Shown here: positions 12,285-22,294 of the stretch, piece by piece
Layout: every line of letters starts with the position of its first letter
Numbering within the stretch: position 1 is the first letter of the stretch
Origin: Parcubacteria bacterium C7867-005
Lineage (GTDB): Bacteria > Patescibacteriota > Minisyncoccia > Phycocordibacterales > Zambryskibacteraceae
Length of the DNA stretch: 64,000 nucleotides
NCBI GenBank assembly: GCA_001189165.1
Contig: LFCO01000003.1
Location: 50,769 to 114,768 of the forward strand
Direction of reading: 5' to 3'
Translations under genes and position numbers: made by a program
Notes under the pieces: model-generated
The model's database searches: none
What the model was told of the DNA's origin: nothing
What the model saw: only the letters and a program-made list of their open reading frames with translations

Positions 12285-13094
12285 CTACTCTTTATCAACA
12301 CAGGCTGCTTGATCAGTCGTGCAGGCAAGTTTTTTATTTTTGCCACATGCACCAGATCTTTTAAAGAGATTTTTTCCACATGCCAAGTAAGTATTCTCGT
12401 TATAATTCTCGACCGTCCAATTAAAAGTCATATTACTATTAATGAATGTCTTGCACTGCCTTTGGTCAAAATCTGTCATTAGGTCGTTTTCACAATCATC
12501 TAGAGCAGCGTAGTGCTTTGCAATAGTCGAAATTGTTTTGTTTTTAAGTTTTTTATTTTTGTTTTGAGCGGGTTCAGTTTTTGGTAAATAGTAGTTGGTT
12601 AATGTTAAATCAACCATTTTTCGAAGAAGTCTCTTACAATTATTTTCATTGACCTGCTCGAGCAAAGAGCTATTGCATTTTTTACTTTCATACTTATCTT
12701 TAACTTTTATATACTCAGGGTTTTTTTCATAATTTTCTCCACCAGAAAAGTGCTGATCAGTGTCCACTAAGGGCGAGAAAGGTCCGTTACGGATTGTTGG
12801 GGTACTTGGCACGTAATGTTTAAAACTATCCAGGGAAGAGTTGCGGTAATTATCTAGATACGTCGAAGAATTTCCGGGGGCAATTTTATTTGTGTACGGA
12901 TTAATATTTCCTGGATAACTCCAATTATTATAGGGGCTACTATCTGGATCTGAGCGATAGTGTGGTTCAACATAAGTGCCATTTTTCCTGTAATAACCCC
13001 TTACACTTACGGCTGCATCTACGACCATAGGTAGGTAGGAAAAAAACACCAGTAGAACCAAGCTTAGTAGAAAAGATCGTTTTAGTGATGTCAT
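12285..13094 (-). CDS. Secreted hypothetical protein with VRGYYRKNGTYVEPHYRS motif and Cys-rich C-terminus
   Basis: Signal peptide followed by the V.GY.R.NGTYV..H.RS...N..N.S..GN.NPYT motif; visibly AT-rich. Confidence 0.7.
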   Translation of the reverse strand: MTSLKRSFLLSLVLLVFFSYLPMVVDAAVSVRGYYRKNGTYVEPHYRSDPDSSPYNNWSYPGNINPYTNKIAPGNSSTYLDNYRNSSLDSFKHYVPSTPTIRNGPFSPLVDTDQHFSGGENYEKNPEYIKVKDKYESKKCNSSLLEQVNENNCKRLLRKMVDLTLTNYYLPKTEPAQNKNKKLKNKTISTIAKHYAALDDCENDLMTDFDQRQCKTFINSNMTFNWTVENYNENTYLACGKNLFKRSGACGKNKKLACTTDQAACVDKE

Positions 13095-13380
13095 ATTGTA
13101 AATACTGTTTATAATTTACTCTGTCAGGAAAATAAAGCAACTCTACCTGAATCAGCCCCCTGCAAGTCATACATGATCTCATTTATGACCACTTGTGCGT
13201 TAGAGGTAGTTGGAGAAAAAACTATTAGTACTAGAACAAAGAGAGTTCTAGTAGTTTGCACGTATATGGTATATCGCAGCTAGGCTAAGTATAAGAATGA
13301 AGATAAAGCTAAGGAAAAATTTGAAGAAAGCTTTATCGAAATATTTCATAACTTAATATAACCACAAAAACTCTGAGTAA

Positions 13381-14049
13381 TCAATTTCCATTCCCCACTG
13401 TGTCAACCTGCCAGGTTGACACAGTTGGATTGTCGAGAAATTTGATGAGCTCTTTTTGATATTTTTTCTCATTTGTATCAAACATCTCATAGAACAGCTC
13501 CTTGTTAACAACTGCAGAATGCATCCCTGACCCATAAAAATCTTTGAAACTTGACCATTCATAGTTTGATAAAAAATCTAGAGCCTTGTCTGTATTTATT
13601 GATGACGATTTCCACTTAGGAAACTTTAAATCTAAGGGGTTAATGTCTATGTAGACCGGGGCGTAGATAAACTGGCTATCATCAGTCATGCGAACGATCT
13701 TGGCACTGTTCTGAAATAAGTAACCGCTTCTTTTACCATTCTTAGTATTAAAATATTTTGTATATGCATTTCCCAATCTTTTCGTAAACTCCAAAATACC
13801 TCCCTCTTCTAACTCATAAATCAGTAAGTGGTAGTGATTGGGCAAAAGGCTCCATTTAAAGATCTCTACCAACTTCTTACGTTTCAAGTCATTGTGTCCT
13901 AGTGTATTCCCTTGTCTTGTTCTTATTTTTCCCTCTTTGTTATTAAGTAAAAACAAGTTTTCAACAAAGCGCAAATAATCTTTTCTATTCAGAAAGATGT
14001 TTCTTTTTTCTACTCCTCTATTAAAGACATGAGCAATATCACCTACCAT
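13381..14049 (-). CDS. REP-associated tyrosine transposase (RAYT/TnpA-REP, HUH Y1 family)
   Basis: HVFNRGVEKRNIF, LLPNHYHLL (HUH), YTKYFN.K..RSGYLFQ, YIDINP, YEWSS motifs; flanked by palindromes. Confidence 0.88.
   Translation of the reverse strand: MVGDIAHVFNRGVEKRNIFLNRKDYLRFVENLFLLNNKEGKIRTRQGNTLGHNDLKRKKLVEIFKWSLLPNHYHLLIYELEEGGILEFTKRLGNAYTKYFNTKNGKRSGYLFQNSAKIVRMTDDSQFIYAPVYIDINPLDLKFPKWKSSSINTDKALDFLSNYEWSSFKDFYGSGMHSAVVNKELFYEMFDTNEKKYQKELIKFLDNPTVSTWQVDTVGNGN
13397..13425. repeat. REP-like palindrome copy 2 (inside the RAYT 3' end)
   Basis: ACTGTGTCAACCTG-C-CAGGTTGACACAGT. Confidence 0.9.
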
Positions 14050-14074
14050 TAACTCTAATTCTATTTTGTTGTGG

Positions 14075-14107
14075 CCCCCGTGTCAACCTGCCAGGTTGAC
14101 ACGGGGG
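14075..14107. repeat. REP-like palindrome copy 3 (upstream of RAYT)
   Basis: CCCCCGTGTCAACCTG-C-CAGGTTGACACGGGGG. Confidence 0.9.
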
Positions 14108-14145
14108 AACGGTGGTGCGTGTTAATTTTTTGTTTTCACACATAA

Positions 14146-14173
14146 CAAAACCACCCCGTGAGGGGTGGTTTTG
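14146..14173 (-). terminator. Terminator of the S-layer-like gene
   Basis: CAAAACCACCCC-gtga-GGGGTGGTTTTG hairpin. Confidence 0.7.
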
Positions 14174-14232
14174 AAACTCTCTAAACTTTTATCCTAGAGC
14201 ACGAGGCTCGAGAGATAAAGAGATTAGATAAC

Positions 14233-16170
14233 TTATATCACGTTCATTGACACAGCTGGAGTCAAGAAGTTATTCAAGTTGAAGTTGTAGACGTTTGCAT
14301 GTGCATCGCCGCTATCACTATCCCACTTGATACCTGTCATGACAACCTGGATTATACCGTCAGCATCTGCTTCAAGAACAACGCTGGTGGTAAATCTTCG
14401 AGTTGTGTTCTGATCAACCTTGAATGATGTTGAAACATCATCAGAGTCAACTGAACCTGAAGTTGTAATCGAGCTTACAGTCGTAGAACCTGTTGTTGAC
14501 TGTGAAGTAGTAGCAAACGAGTTACCGTTTACACCTGCTGATGCCTGTGTAGAGGTTGCTACAACAGTATCCTTGTCAACCCAGAGGTCAGCGCCGAAGG
14601 CAGTGACGTCGAATGTGAAGGTAAATGTTGCTTGATCCTGTTCACCTGCATCATCAGCTACAAATGTCTTAACTCCTGTAGGAGTACCAACAAGGGCAAC
14701 TGAGATACCGTCAACGAAGAATGCTTGAGCCTCTCCAGCAATGTTGTCTGTTACTGAAATTGCATCGCCTTGTTCATCTTCAGCATCAATCAAGTGACCA
14801 CGAACAGTAGCAGTAAGCTTGTCACCAGAGGTGAAGGCACTTGCTTCTGTGTCGTTTACGTCAACTTTGATTGTGTAGGTTTCTGTATCACCTGCATCGA
14901 TGGTCATATCTAGATCATCGAATACTATGACTGAAGTACCAGTAGCTGAAGCTGATGGGCTTTCACTTCCGATCTCAGTGTTACCGTGGTAGAGGTAAAC
15001 AGTCTTTGCGATCTGGTTAACTGAACCAACTGTACCAGTTGAGGTTGCGAGAAGGACACCGATTTCATCAACCCAAGCGTCTGAATCATCTCCGGCTTCA
15101 AGCTCGAATTCGATGAGAGTGATACCGTTGGTATCGTTTGTATCATCTACTTCGTGAGAGAGAGCGTTTGGTGAATCATTTCCTTCGGTCAATTCAAGAG
15201 CGCCGGCTGAGACGTCTTCAAATGTCATAGTGACAGTGTCAGAGTCATCACCTGCTTCCTGATCAATACCTGCTCCGTCGATAGCGCGGATACCGTTATC
15301 TTCTACAGATACCAAGAAGTCCTGGTCTGTATCAGAACCATCGATGTTGTCTTGAGCTGTTACTTCAAGGGTGTACCTTGCTGTAGCATCTTCTTTGACA
15401 ACGTTATTTAGACCACCGAAACGGATGGTGTAGATGTCAGAACCTTCGTCTGACCAGTCATCTTCATCACCGGCGTTTATAGTAGCGATCTTTGTACTGT
15501 CTCTGTAAAGAGAGAGAGTATCGATGTAATCCCAAGGCTCATCACCTAGGGCTTGGTTTGTTGCGTCGAACTGGAAGTCAATACGCTGAACTGAAAGGTC
15601 AGAGTCTTCTGCATCGAATTCAAACGCCATAACCTTGACTGTCTGTCCTTCCTGTACATCTTCGTTAGAAGGTGAACCTAGAACATCGAAGTCAGTGATA
15701 TCTCCTTCCGCTCCGGGAGTAGAGATAGCGCCAGTTGAAGGTGTACCGGTTGAAGGTGTACCTGGAACTGAAGGCATAGATGAGTTAGCAGCTGCGCGAG
15801 ACTTTGGTCCCCAGTAACCTACAGCAGGAGCGATTCCTGAAGCTGCTTGCCACTTTGCGACTGCGTTCTTTGTAAGAGCACCGAAATAACCCTTTGCTAC
15901 GCCAACTGGCATAACAAGGTGTCCCTTGGATTCAAGGAGATTCTGAAGTGCGACAACTTCTGAACCAGAACTACCGAGGGTAAGGTCGGTGTTGAATGAT
16001 CCTGTTGTAGCTGCTGCTGAACTACCTCCCATAGCTGCGATTTGCGCCATGAGAAGATCGATCTTTGCCTGTAGATCTGAAGTGCTCTGAGCTCCTGCTG
16101 TAACAGCGAAGCTTAGGGCTGCGATAGATCCTGCACTGTAGGCAGCGATTCTTGCGATTGTTTTACTCAT
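14233..16170 (-). CDS. Large acidic secreted surface protein with peptidoglycan-binding domain (S-layer-like)
   Basis: Signal peptide; DLTLGSSGSEVVALQ..L...GYFGALTKNAVAKWQ PG-binding motif; D/T/S-rich beta-strand repeats. Confidence 0.8.
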   Translation of the reverse strand: MSKTIARIAAYSAGSIAALSFAVTAGAQSTSDLQAKIDLLMAQIAAMGGSSAAATTGSFNTDLTLGSSGSEVVALQNLLESKGHLVMPVGVAKGYFGALTKNAVAKWQAASGIAPAVGYWGPKSRAAANSSMPSVPGTPSTGTPSTGAISTPGAEGDITDFDVLGSPSNEDVQEGQTVKVMAFEFDAEDSDLSVQRIDFQFDATNQALGDEPWDYIDTLSLYRDSTKIATINAGDEDDWSDEGSDIYTIRFGGLNNVVKEDATARYTLEVTAQDNIDGSDTDQDFLVSVEDNGIRAIDGAGIDQEAGDDSDTVTMTFEDVSAGALELTEGNDSPNALSHEVDDTNDTNGITLIEFELEAGDDSDAWVDEIGVLLATSTGTVGSVNQIAKTVYLYHGNTEIGSESPSASATGTSVIVFDDLDMTIDAGDTETYTIKVDVNDTEASAFTSGDKLTATVRGHLIDAEDEQGDAISVTDNIAGEAQAFFVDGISVALVGTPTGVKTFVADDAGEQDQATFTFTFDVTAFGADLWVDKDTVVATSTQASAGVNGNSFATTSQSTTGSTTVSSITTSGSVDSDDVSTSFKVDQNTTRRFTTSVVLEADADGIIQVVMTGIKWDSDSGDAHANVYNFNLNNFLTPAVSMNVI

Positions 16171-16445
16171 TTTTAAATTTAAATACTAATGCGCAGGAGT
16201 GTCCCCAATGATTCTAAAGTGTCGGGTATAAACCTGCGTGGATTAATTTTGCCGACGACGGATAAGCCTTCGCCGGCAAGCTGATAATTCATTGCACCAA
16301 TTAATTATAGATTGGCGCAAAACAAACACCTAAATGTACTGTGGATAACTCTGTAGATAAGCCCTGCAATGGGAGTAGCTCAGAGAGTATCGGTTTAAGA
16401 TCATACCTTTTTGGACAGGCAAAGTCAAACAAATTACGGCCTAGA

Positions 16446-17348
16446 TTAAGGTCTTACGAGCGAATACCTGCTCCATCTTTTTTCTCCGTGCTTCCTCAAG
16501 ATTCCAGATTGGACCATGGAGAGAAGTTCCCGTTGAATGGTCTTCTCGCTACAGCCATCGATAAGAGGAGAAACGTCCTTTATCATGATCTCCTTTTTAC
16601 GCTTGAGTAGGGCAATGATGGTGCTCTGTCTACTATTTTTCTTCACTGCAACCACGCCGAACTCTTTTAGATCGTTCACCTCTGAGGCTTTACCTGCGTG
16701 CATCTTTTTGTCAGCTTGCTGTAAATGTCCCTTAAACGATTGTTCTGTTCTATTCGATATTAAATAGTCCTTTTCATCCAAAAGCTCCTGTTTTGGCTTT
16801 ACCACATAATTGTTTAGAGACACATTCTCTACTGGCTTTAGAAAACTATCTTGCAAGGTAACCCTTTCCGCTCCACTTTTAAGGTTCCTGTCCACATGGA
16901 AAAAACCTTCGTTCAAAGAAGAGTTACTGCCACTATAGGCATCTGCAGATAGATTCAGATTAAGAGAGAGCACATCGAACTCTTTGTTTATAATCCCATA
17001 ATTCATGTCTGAAATAAGCCCTATTTGTTTGGATACAGACAAGAGAGAAGTTACTTCCAAAATATTCGCCCTCATGGAAACAATGGTTGAATCCTTCCCT
17101 TTCGAACTATCATCCCTAAGCAAAAGACTTAGAGACAAAAGTTCTGAACCGAGTGTTCTGAGTCTCCATTTCAAAGGTTCGTTGTCCTGAAAGAAACCGG
17201 TAATCAAGTACAGCGCGGAAACCAACTTCTGAGTCTTTTTAAAGACAAAAATAAAACTTTCATTTCCAGAGAAAAGCTGGAGTGGACCAAAAACTCCTTG
17301 TTCTTGGGTGTTTTTTATTTCTATGCTTTTGTTTGTGTCTCTTTCCAT
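16446..17348 (-). CDS. Hypothetical protein with N-terminal helical bundle and C-terminal DeoR-like winged HTH
   Basis: C-terminal RQSTIIALLK..KEIMIKDV....CSEKTIQREL..MV..GIL...GEKRWSRY. Confidence 0.75.
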   Translation of the reverse strand: MERDTNKSIEIKNTQEQGVFGPLQLFSGNESFIFVFKKTQKLVSALYLITGFFQDNEPLKWRLRTLGSELLSLSLLLRDDSSKGKDSTIVSMRANILEVTSLLSVSKQIGLISDMNYGIINKEFDVLSLNLNLSADAYSGSNSSLNEGFFHVDRNLKSGAERVTLQDSFLKPVENVSLNNYVVKPKQELLDEKDYLISNRTEQSFKGHLQQADKKMHAGKASEVNDLKEFGVVAVKKNSRQSTIIALLKRKKEIMIKDVSPLIDGCSEKTIQRELLSMVQSGILRKHGEKRWSRYSLVRP

Positions 17349-17518
17349 AAAGGCCTGTTTTGTCGCTTGTTTAATGTCTTTTTTACTGTCCTTTAAACTA
17401 TATCACATTTTGTCCTTTATTGCAAGTCAGTTAATTATAGGACATTAGAGACATTAATTGCAATGCAAAAATCAGCAATGCTCCATGTGGTACTATTGTA
17501 GTCAAGACAAGCAAAACT

Positions 17519-19693
17519 ATGGCTAAAAAGAAGAGACAGAATACGGACGAATCCTCCTCATGGTTTGAGAACATATCCAAGGAGACTCTGAATGCCGTTT
17601 TGGGGGTGCTCTCTGTGGTGGTGATGCTTTTCCTACTACTTGCGGCCATGGGTAAGGGCGGACCAGTGGGTGGTGGAACCTATGGGTTACTCACCTATTT
17701 GTTTGGTATTGGATACTACCTCGTGGCCATCGTTTTCCTCATGCTCGCCATCTCTTTCTTCCAAGCCAAGGAACGTGATTTTGCCCTACCCCAGATAACT
17801 GGCGCATTAATTTTCTTTGTATCGGCCCTTGGACTGACTGATCTACTTTTTAATAAAGGAGGGGTCATAGGCGGATTCATCTCTAACCCACTCGACTCGC
17901 TTTTTGGACCATACCTATCCGCTATCATCATGATGGCTCTCATCATCATCTCTTTATTGGTTATCTTTGATACAGCAATAAAACTCGACTTGTTGTACCT
18001 ATTCGCCAAGATTTTCCAAAAGAAAGAGGTTGCGACAAGCATGGAGGACAGTGAGGTGGCTGCGGTGGAAAAGGCAGAAGAAGAAATGAGAGATAAATCC
18101 CCAGAAGAAACCAAGGGCAAAGAAATCGGATCTCTGGTCAAAAAAATGTTACCTAAGGACGACAGTGAGGGTTTTGTCCCTACAGTGACAAAAAGGCTCG
18201 GCAAACCATGGTCACCCCCACCCCTATCACTTCTAGAAAAGGATCGTGGTAAACCTGGTGTTGGAGATATAAAAGCTAATGCAAATCAAATCAAACGCAC
18301 TCTTCTCAACTTTGGAATCGTAGTAGAGATGGATGAAATATCTATTGGACCATCAGTCACCAGATATTCTTTGAAACCAGCAGAGGGGGTGAAGCTCTCT
18401 AAGATACTTGGTCTACAAAACAATTTGGAGCTGGCACTCGCTGCACACCCAGTCCGTATAGAAGCACCGATCCCTGGCAAATCCCTCGTCGGCATTGAAG
18501 TACCAAATACCTCTAAGGCGACCATCGGCCTCGGCAGCCTTTTGTCTGAACCTGGATATGCAGAATCGGAGAAACCATTACTCGTCTCCCTTGGGCGTGA
18601 CGTATCTGGACACACGCATTTTGCAAACTTGGCCAAGATGCCACACTGTTTGATCGCCGGTTCTACTGGTTCAGGAAAATCTGTGACTATACATGCGATG
18701 ATCAATTCTCTCTTGTTCAGGAATCCTCCAGAAAACCTCAAGTTCATCATGATCGACCCCAAGAGAGTCGAGCTAACCTTGTACAACAAAATCCCCCATC
18801 TACTAACACCTGTCATCACTGATGCTAAGAAGGCGATCCTCGCACTCAAGTGGGCTGCTAAAGAAATGGATCGCAGATACGATATCTTGGAAAAATGTGC
18901 CGTACGAGACATCGACTCTTATCACAAAACAATCCTCTCCCCCGTTAACAAAAAAAGTAAGGGTGATGAAGAAGATGACGGACTAGATCCTATGCCATAC
19001 ATGGTGATCATCATCGACGAACTCGCAGACCTCATGCAGGCATACCCAAGAGAACTCGAAAGTGCCATCATCCGCCTCGCGCAGATGAGTCGTGCTGTCG
19101 GCATACACCTCATGCTCTCTACCCAGAGGCCTTCAGTGAACGTCATCACTGGATTGATCAAAGCCAACGTCCCTGCCCGAATCGCCCTACAGGTATCTTC
19201 ACAAATAGATTCGAGGACAATCCTCGACATGGCCGGTGCAGAGAAACTGTTGGGTGCTGGAGACATGCTCTATGTAGGTGGAGAGATGTCCAAACCGGAA
19301 CGAATACAGTCAGCATATATATCTGAAGGAGAAGTTAAAAAGGTTGTTAAGTACCTCACAGATACATATATGGATGACCTCAATACTCAAATAGACTTTA
19401 CTAACGACAAGGTAGATAACTCTATCTTCTCTGCTACCCTCGGGGATGATGAGGCAAGCGAGGATGACGACGAGTTGTACGAGGAAGCCAGAGAAATAGT
19501 GGTTGGAGCAGGCAAGGCTTCTACATCATTCCTCCAAAGGAAGCTACGAGTGGGTTATGCTCGAGCAGCCAGACTGATAGATATGCTCGAAGAACGTGGA
19601 GTGATCGGCGCCGGATCTGGAGCAAAAGCAAGAGAAGTTATCGGTGCGACAAGTCCCGAATCAAATTTTGAAGATAAGGAAGAAGATGTATGA
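17519..19693 (+). CDS. ftsK: DNA translocase FtsK
   Basis: N-terminal TMs; RIEAPIPGKSLVGIEVPN, AGSTGSGKS, IDPKRVEL, IIDELADLM, gamma domain GYARAARLID. Confidence 0.96.
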   Translation: MAKKKRQNTDESSSWFENISKETLNAVLGVLSVVVMLFLLLAAMGKGGPVGGGTYGLLTYLFGIGYYLVAIVFLMLAISFFQAKERDFALPQITGALIFFVSALGLTDLLFNKGGVIGGFISNPLDSLFGPYLSAIIMMALIIISLLVIFDTAIKLDLLYLFAKIFQKKEVATSMEDSEVAAVEKAEEEMRDKSPEETKGKEIGSLVKKMLPKDDSEGFVPTVTKRLGKPWSPPPLSLLEKDRGKPGVGDIKANANQIKRTLLNFGIVVEMDEISIGPSVTRYSLKPAEGVKLSKILGLQNNLELALAAHPVRIEAPIPGKSLVGIEVPNTSKATIGLGSLLSEPGYAESEKPLLVSLGRDVSGHTHFANLAKMPHCLIAGSTGSGKSVTIHAMINSLLFRNPPENLKFIMIDPKRVELTLYNKIPHLLTPVITDAKKAILALKWAAKEMDRRYDILEKCAVRDIDSYHKTILSPVNKKSKGDEEDDGLDPMPYMVIIIDELADLMQAYPRELESAIIRLAQMSRAVGIHLMLSTQRPSVNVITGLIKANVPARIALQVSSQIDSRTILDMAGAEKLLGAGDMLYVGGEMSKPERIQSAYISEGEVKKVVKYLTDTYMDDLNTQIDFTNDKVDNSIFSATLGDDEASEDDDELYEEAREIVVGAGKASTSFLQRKLRVGYARAARLIDMLEERGVIGAGSGAKAREVIGATSPESNFEDKEEDV

Positions 19694-20037
19694 GAAGAGT
19701 AGAAATAAACCCTAGGTTTGTCGTCTTCACAGGATTTTTTGTTTTACTACTCGCCTACTCTTTGTATCAAGCCAGGTTCGTGATCCTCGGACCGCATATA
19801 AACATCGAGTATCCACAAGACGGCGACCTGGTAGATTCAAAAGTTTTCTCTGCGACAGGTCATGCAGAAAATATCGCTTATATCAGTTTGAACGACAGAC
19901 CGATATACATAGATGAGCACGGAAATTTTGATGAGAAGATAGTGGCACACATAGGCCTGAGTACGATGTCCATCAAAGCCAGAGATAGGTTCGGACGAGA
20001 AACGGAAAAAATAGTGAGGGTTGTATATAAAGAATAA
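19690..20037 (+). CDS. Membrane-anchored Ig-like domain protein
   Basis: TM helix then beta-rich domain; overlaps ftsK stop (ATGA). Confidence 0.65.
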   Translation: MRRVEINPRFVVFTGFFVLLLAYSLYQARFVILGPHINIEYPQDGDLVDSKVFSATGHAENIAYISLNDRPIYIDEHGNFDEKIVAHIGLSTMSIKARDRFGRETEKIVRVVYKE

Positions 20038-20041
20038 ACAT

Positions 20042-21088
20042 ATGAAAAAAACAAAAATACCAAAACCACCGAAAGAAATGGGAGAAAGAAATGAATCCAA
20101 GAACATAGACTCGACACTCGATGCGATCAAGATGAAATTCGGAGAAGACTCAATCATGATGCTCGGTGCCAAGCCGAGAGTGGGTATAGACGCTATCTCC
20201 ACTGGTTCTATAGGACTCGATGCAGCACTCGGTGTCGGTGGACTCCCTCGTGGTCGTATAGTAGAAATCTTTGGACCAGAATCATCTGGTAAGACTACCC
20301 TGTCTCTACATGTTATAGCTGAAGCACAAAAGCTCGGCGGTATCTGTGCGTTCATAGATGCAGAACATGCTATGGATCCAGAGTACTCGCAGAAACTCGG
20401 AGTAAAAATAAACGAGCTCCTCATCTCTCAACCCGACACGGGCGAACAAGCACTCGAGATAGTAGAGTCACTCGTGCGCTCGGGCAAGATGGATGTCATC
20501 GTCATCGACTCTGTGGCTGCGCTTACACCAAAGGATGAGATAGAAGGAGATATGGGTGCACACCATGTCGGCAAACAAGCGAGGTTGATGAGCCAAGCTC
20601 TCCGCAAGCTCACTGCAATCGTCGCCAGATCCAAAACTATAGTTATCTTCATCAACCAAATTCGTATGCAAATCGGCGTGATGTTTGGTAATCCAGAAAC
20701 AACCCCGGGAGGCAAAGCCTTGAAGTTCTATACATCAGTCAGACTCGACATCAGACGCATCGCTCAGATCAAAAAAGGTGAAGAGATCATGGGGGGACGT
20801 ATCCGTGTGAAGGTGGTCAAGAACAAAGTAGCTGCACCATTCAAACAAACAGAATTCGACCTCATGTACAACGAGGGTATCAGCCGTGAGGGAGAGATCA
20901 TCGCTCTCGGAGAAAAGATGGGCATGGTCAAGAAGACTGGAAACTCTTACTCCTATACCCCAGAGAAAGATGGTGAGGAAATAAAACTCGGTCGAGGTTA
21001 TGATTCTACTCGACAATTCTTAAGTGAAAATAAAAAAATCACTGATCAGATACTCAAAGAAATCCGCGCGAAACTAAAGGAAATATAG
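20042..21088 (+). CDS. recA: Recombinase RecA
   Basis: [35 protein letters not shown] motifs. Confidence 0.98.
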   Translation: MKKTKIPKPPKEMGERNESKNIDSTLDAIKMKFGEDSIMMLGAKPRVGIDAISTGSIGLDAALGVGGLPRGRIVEIFGPESSGKTTLSLHVIAEAQKLGGICAFIDAEHAMDPEYSQKLGVKINELLISQPDTGEQALEIVESLVRSGKMDVIVIDSVAALTPKDEIEGDMGAHHVGKQARLMSQALRKLTAIVARSKTIVIFINQIRMQIGVMFGNPETTPGGKALKFYTSVRLDIRRIAQIKKGEEIMGGRIRVKVVKNKVAAPFKQTEFDLMYNEGISREGEIIALGEKMGMVKKTGNSYSYTPEKDGEEIKLGRGYDSTRQFLSENKKITDQILKEIRAKLKEI

Positions 21089-21138
21089 AAATATTGAAAC
21101 CTTGCAAAAGACTCGAACTTTGAGGTAGTATTCTATCC

Positions 21139-21395
21139 GCACTTACTTGAGTTAGAGAAATCCCTTTTCTAGGAGAGCTTGGTGTGCCCTATCTCGTCGG
21201 GGAGTCTCCACTACCTCCGTGGATCGATATGACCGACAGTTCTGAGACAAGACAAGCCAAGTGAGAACTCGGGGACGAAAATGGCATTTATTTGCCAGCC
21301 ATCAAACCGATGATTCTCAAAAAAGGTACCAGACCAACAATGGTCTGAATAACCTGCTCTTGAGTGCATTGCCACGGCTCTCCACCGTGGCTTCA
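21139..21395 (+). ncRNA. Candidate stand-alone structured RNA between recA and efp
   Basis: TTGCAA-N18-TAGTAT at 21102-21131; closing helix GCACTTA(21139)/TGAGTGC(21361); several internal hairpins; final hairpin GCCACGG/CCGTGGC. Confidence 0.5.
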
Positions 21396-21443
21396 CTCTA
21401 TATTTTTTGACTTTAAAAAACAGACCAGTAGAATACTCTTACA

Positions 21444-22037
21444 ATGCTTGAATACAACGAAATAACTGAGAGAAAATACATCGTTTTCGAAGGTGAACCT
21501 TACGAAGTGCTAGACTCGCACGTCTTCCGCAAACAACAGAGAAAACCAGTGAACGCCACCAAACTCCGCAGTCTCCTCTCTGGGCGCATAGTAGAACATT
21601 CTTTCCATGTATCAGACAAAGCTGAAGAAGCAGACATCACCAAGCGTGAAGTAAAATTCTTATACAAAAACAAAGGAGAATTTTGGTTCGCAGAAATAAA
21701 AGATCCATCCAAGAGATTCAAACTCCCCGAAGACATGATCGGTGCTCCATCCAAATTCCTCAAGGATAATACTATTGTGGATGCAATGATGTTTGATGAT
21801 GGCAAATCCGAGGAAGGCAAGATTATCGGACTCAAGCTCCCTATCAAGATGGACCTGAAGGTTACCGAAGCTCACCCCGCAGTCAAGGGCAACACAGCCC
21901 AGGGTGGATCAAAGATGGTGACTTTGGAATCCGGCGCAGAAATCCAGGTACCAATGTTCATAAAAGAAGGTGACATCCTCCGTGTAAACACCGACACTGG
22001 TGAATATACAGACCGAGTGAACGGCAACAGCTTCTAA
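21444..22037 (+). CDS. efp: Elongation factor P
   Basis: PAVKGNTA..GSK.VTLESGAEIQVPMFIKEGDILRVNT.TGEY. Confidence 0.93.
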   Translation: MLEYNEITERKYIVFEGEPYEVLDSHVFRKQQRKPVNATKLRSLLSGRIVEHSFHVSDKAEEADITKREVKFLYKNKGEFWFAEIKDPSKRFKLPEDMIGAPSKFLKDNTIVDAMMFDDGKSEEGKIIGLKLPIKMDLKVTEAHPAVKGNTAQGGSKMVTLESGAEIQVPMFIKEGDILRVNTDTGEYTDRVNGNSF

Positions 22038-22038
22038 C

Positions 22039-22068
22039 AAAAAACCCTCACGATCGTGAGGGTTTTTT
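22039..22068. terminator. Bidirectional terminator between efp and rpsR
   Basis: Perfect palindrome AAAAAACCCTCACGATCGTGAGGGTTTTTT between convergent genes. Confidence 0.85.
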
Positions 22069-22070
22069 GT

Positions 22071-22274
22071 TTACCTGGTGACGTATGGGAGTAGCCCCAT
22101 GAATCGTGCGCGTTTGATAGCCATAGAAAGAGCACGCTGGCTCTTGGCTGAAGTTCCTGTCCTACGCTTGCCCTGGATACGTGCGTGGGGAGTAAGGAAT
22201 TTCTTCAAGGTATCTACATCTTTGTAGTCGATGTATTCGATCTTGTGATCTTTGAAGTAACACTGCTTTTTCAT
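22071..22274 (-). CDS. rpsR: 30S ribosomal protein S18
   Basis: [12 protein letters not shown]...[22 protein letters not shown]. Confidence 0.95.
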   Translation of the reverse strand: MKKQCYFKDHKIEYIDYKDVDTLKKFLTPHARIQGKRRTGTSAKSQRALSMAIKRARFMGLLPYVTR

Positions 22275-22294
22275 GATTTTATTTTAATTTTAAT

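Noticed and set aside
11177-14107. 23-bp repeats as a CRISPR array or integron attC sites
   Set aside because: Only three copies, spaced 0.7-2.2 kb apart, with no cas or integrase gene; association with a RAYT fits REP elements
15730-15775. Short tandem repeat GAAGGTGTACC in the S-layer-like gene
   Set aside because: Encodes a low-complexity linker (GTPSTGTPSTG); an ordinary coding repeat
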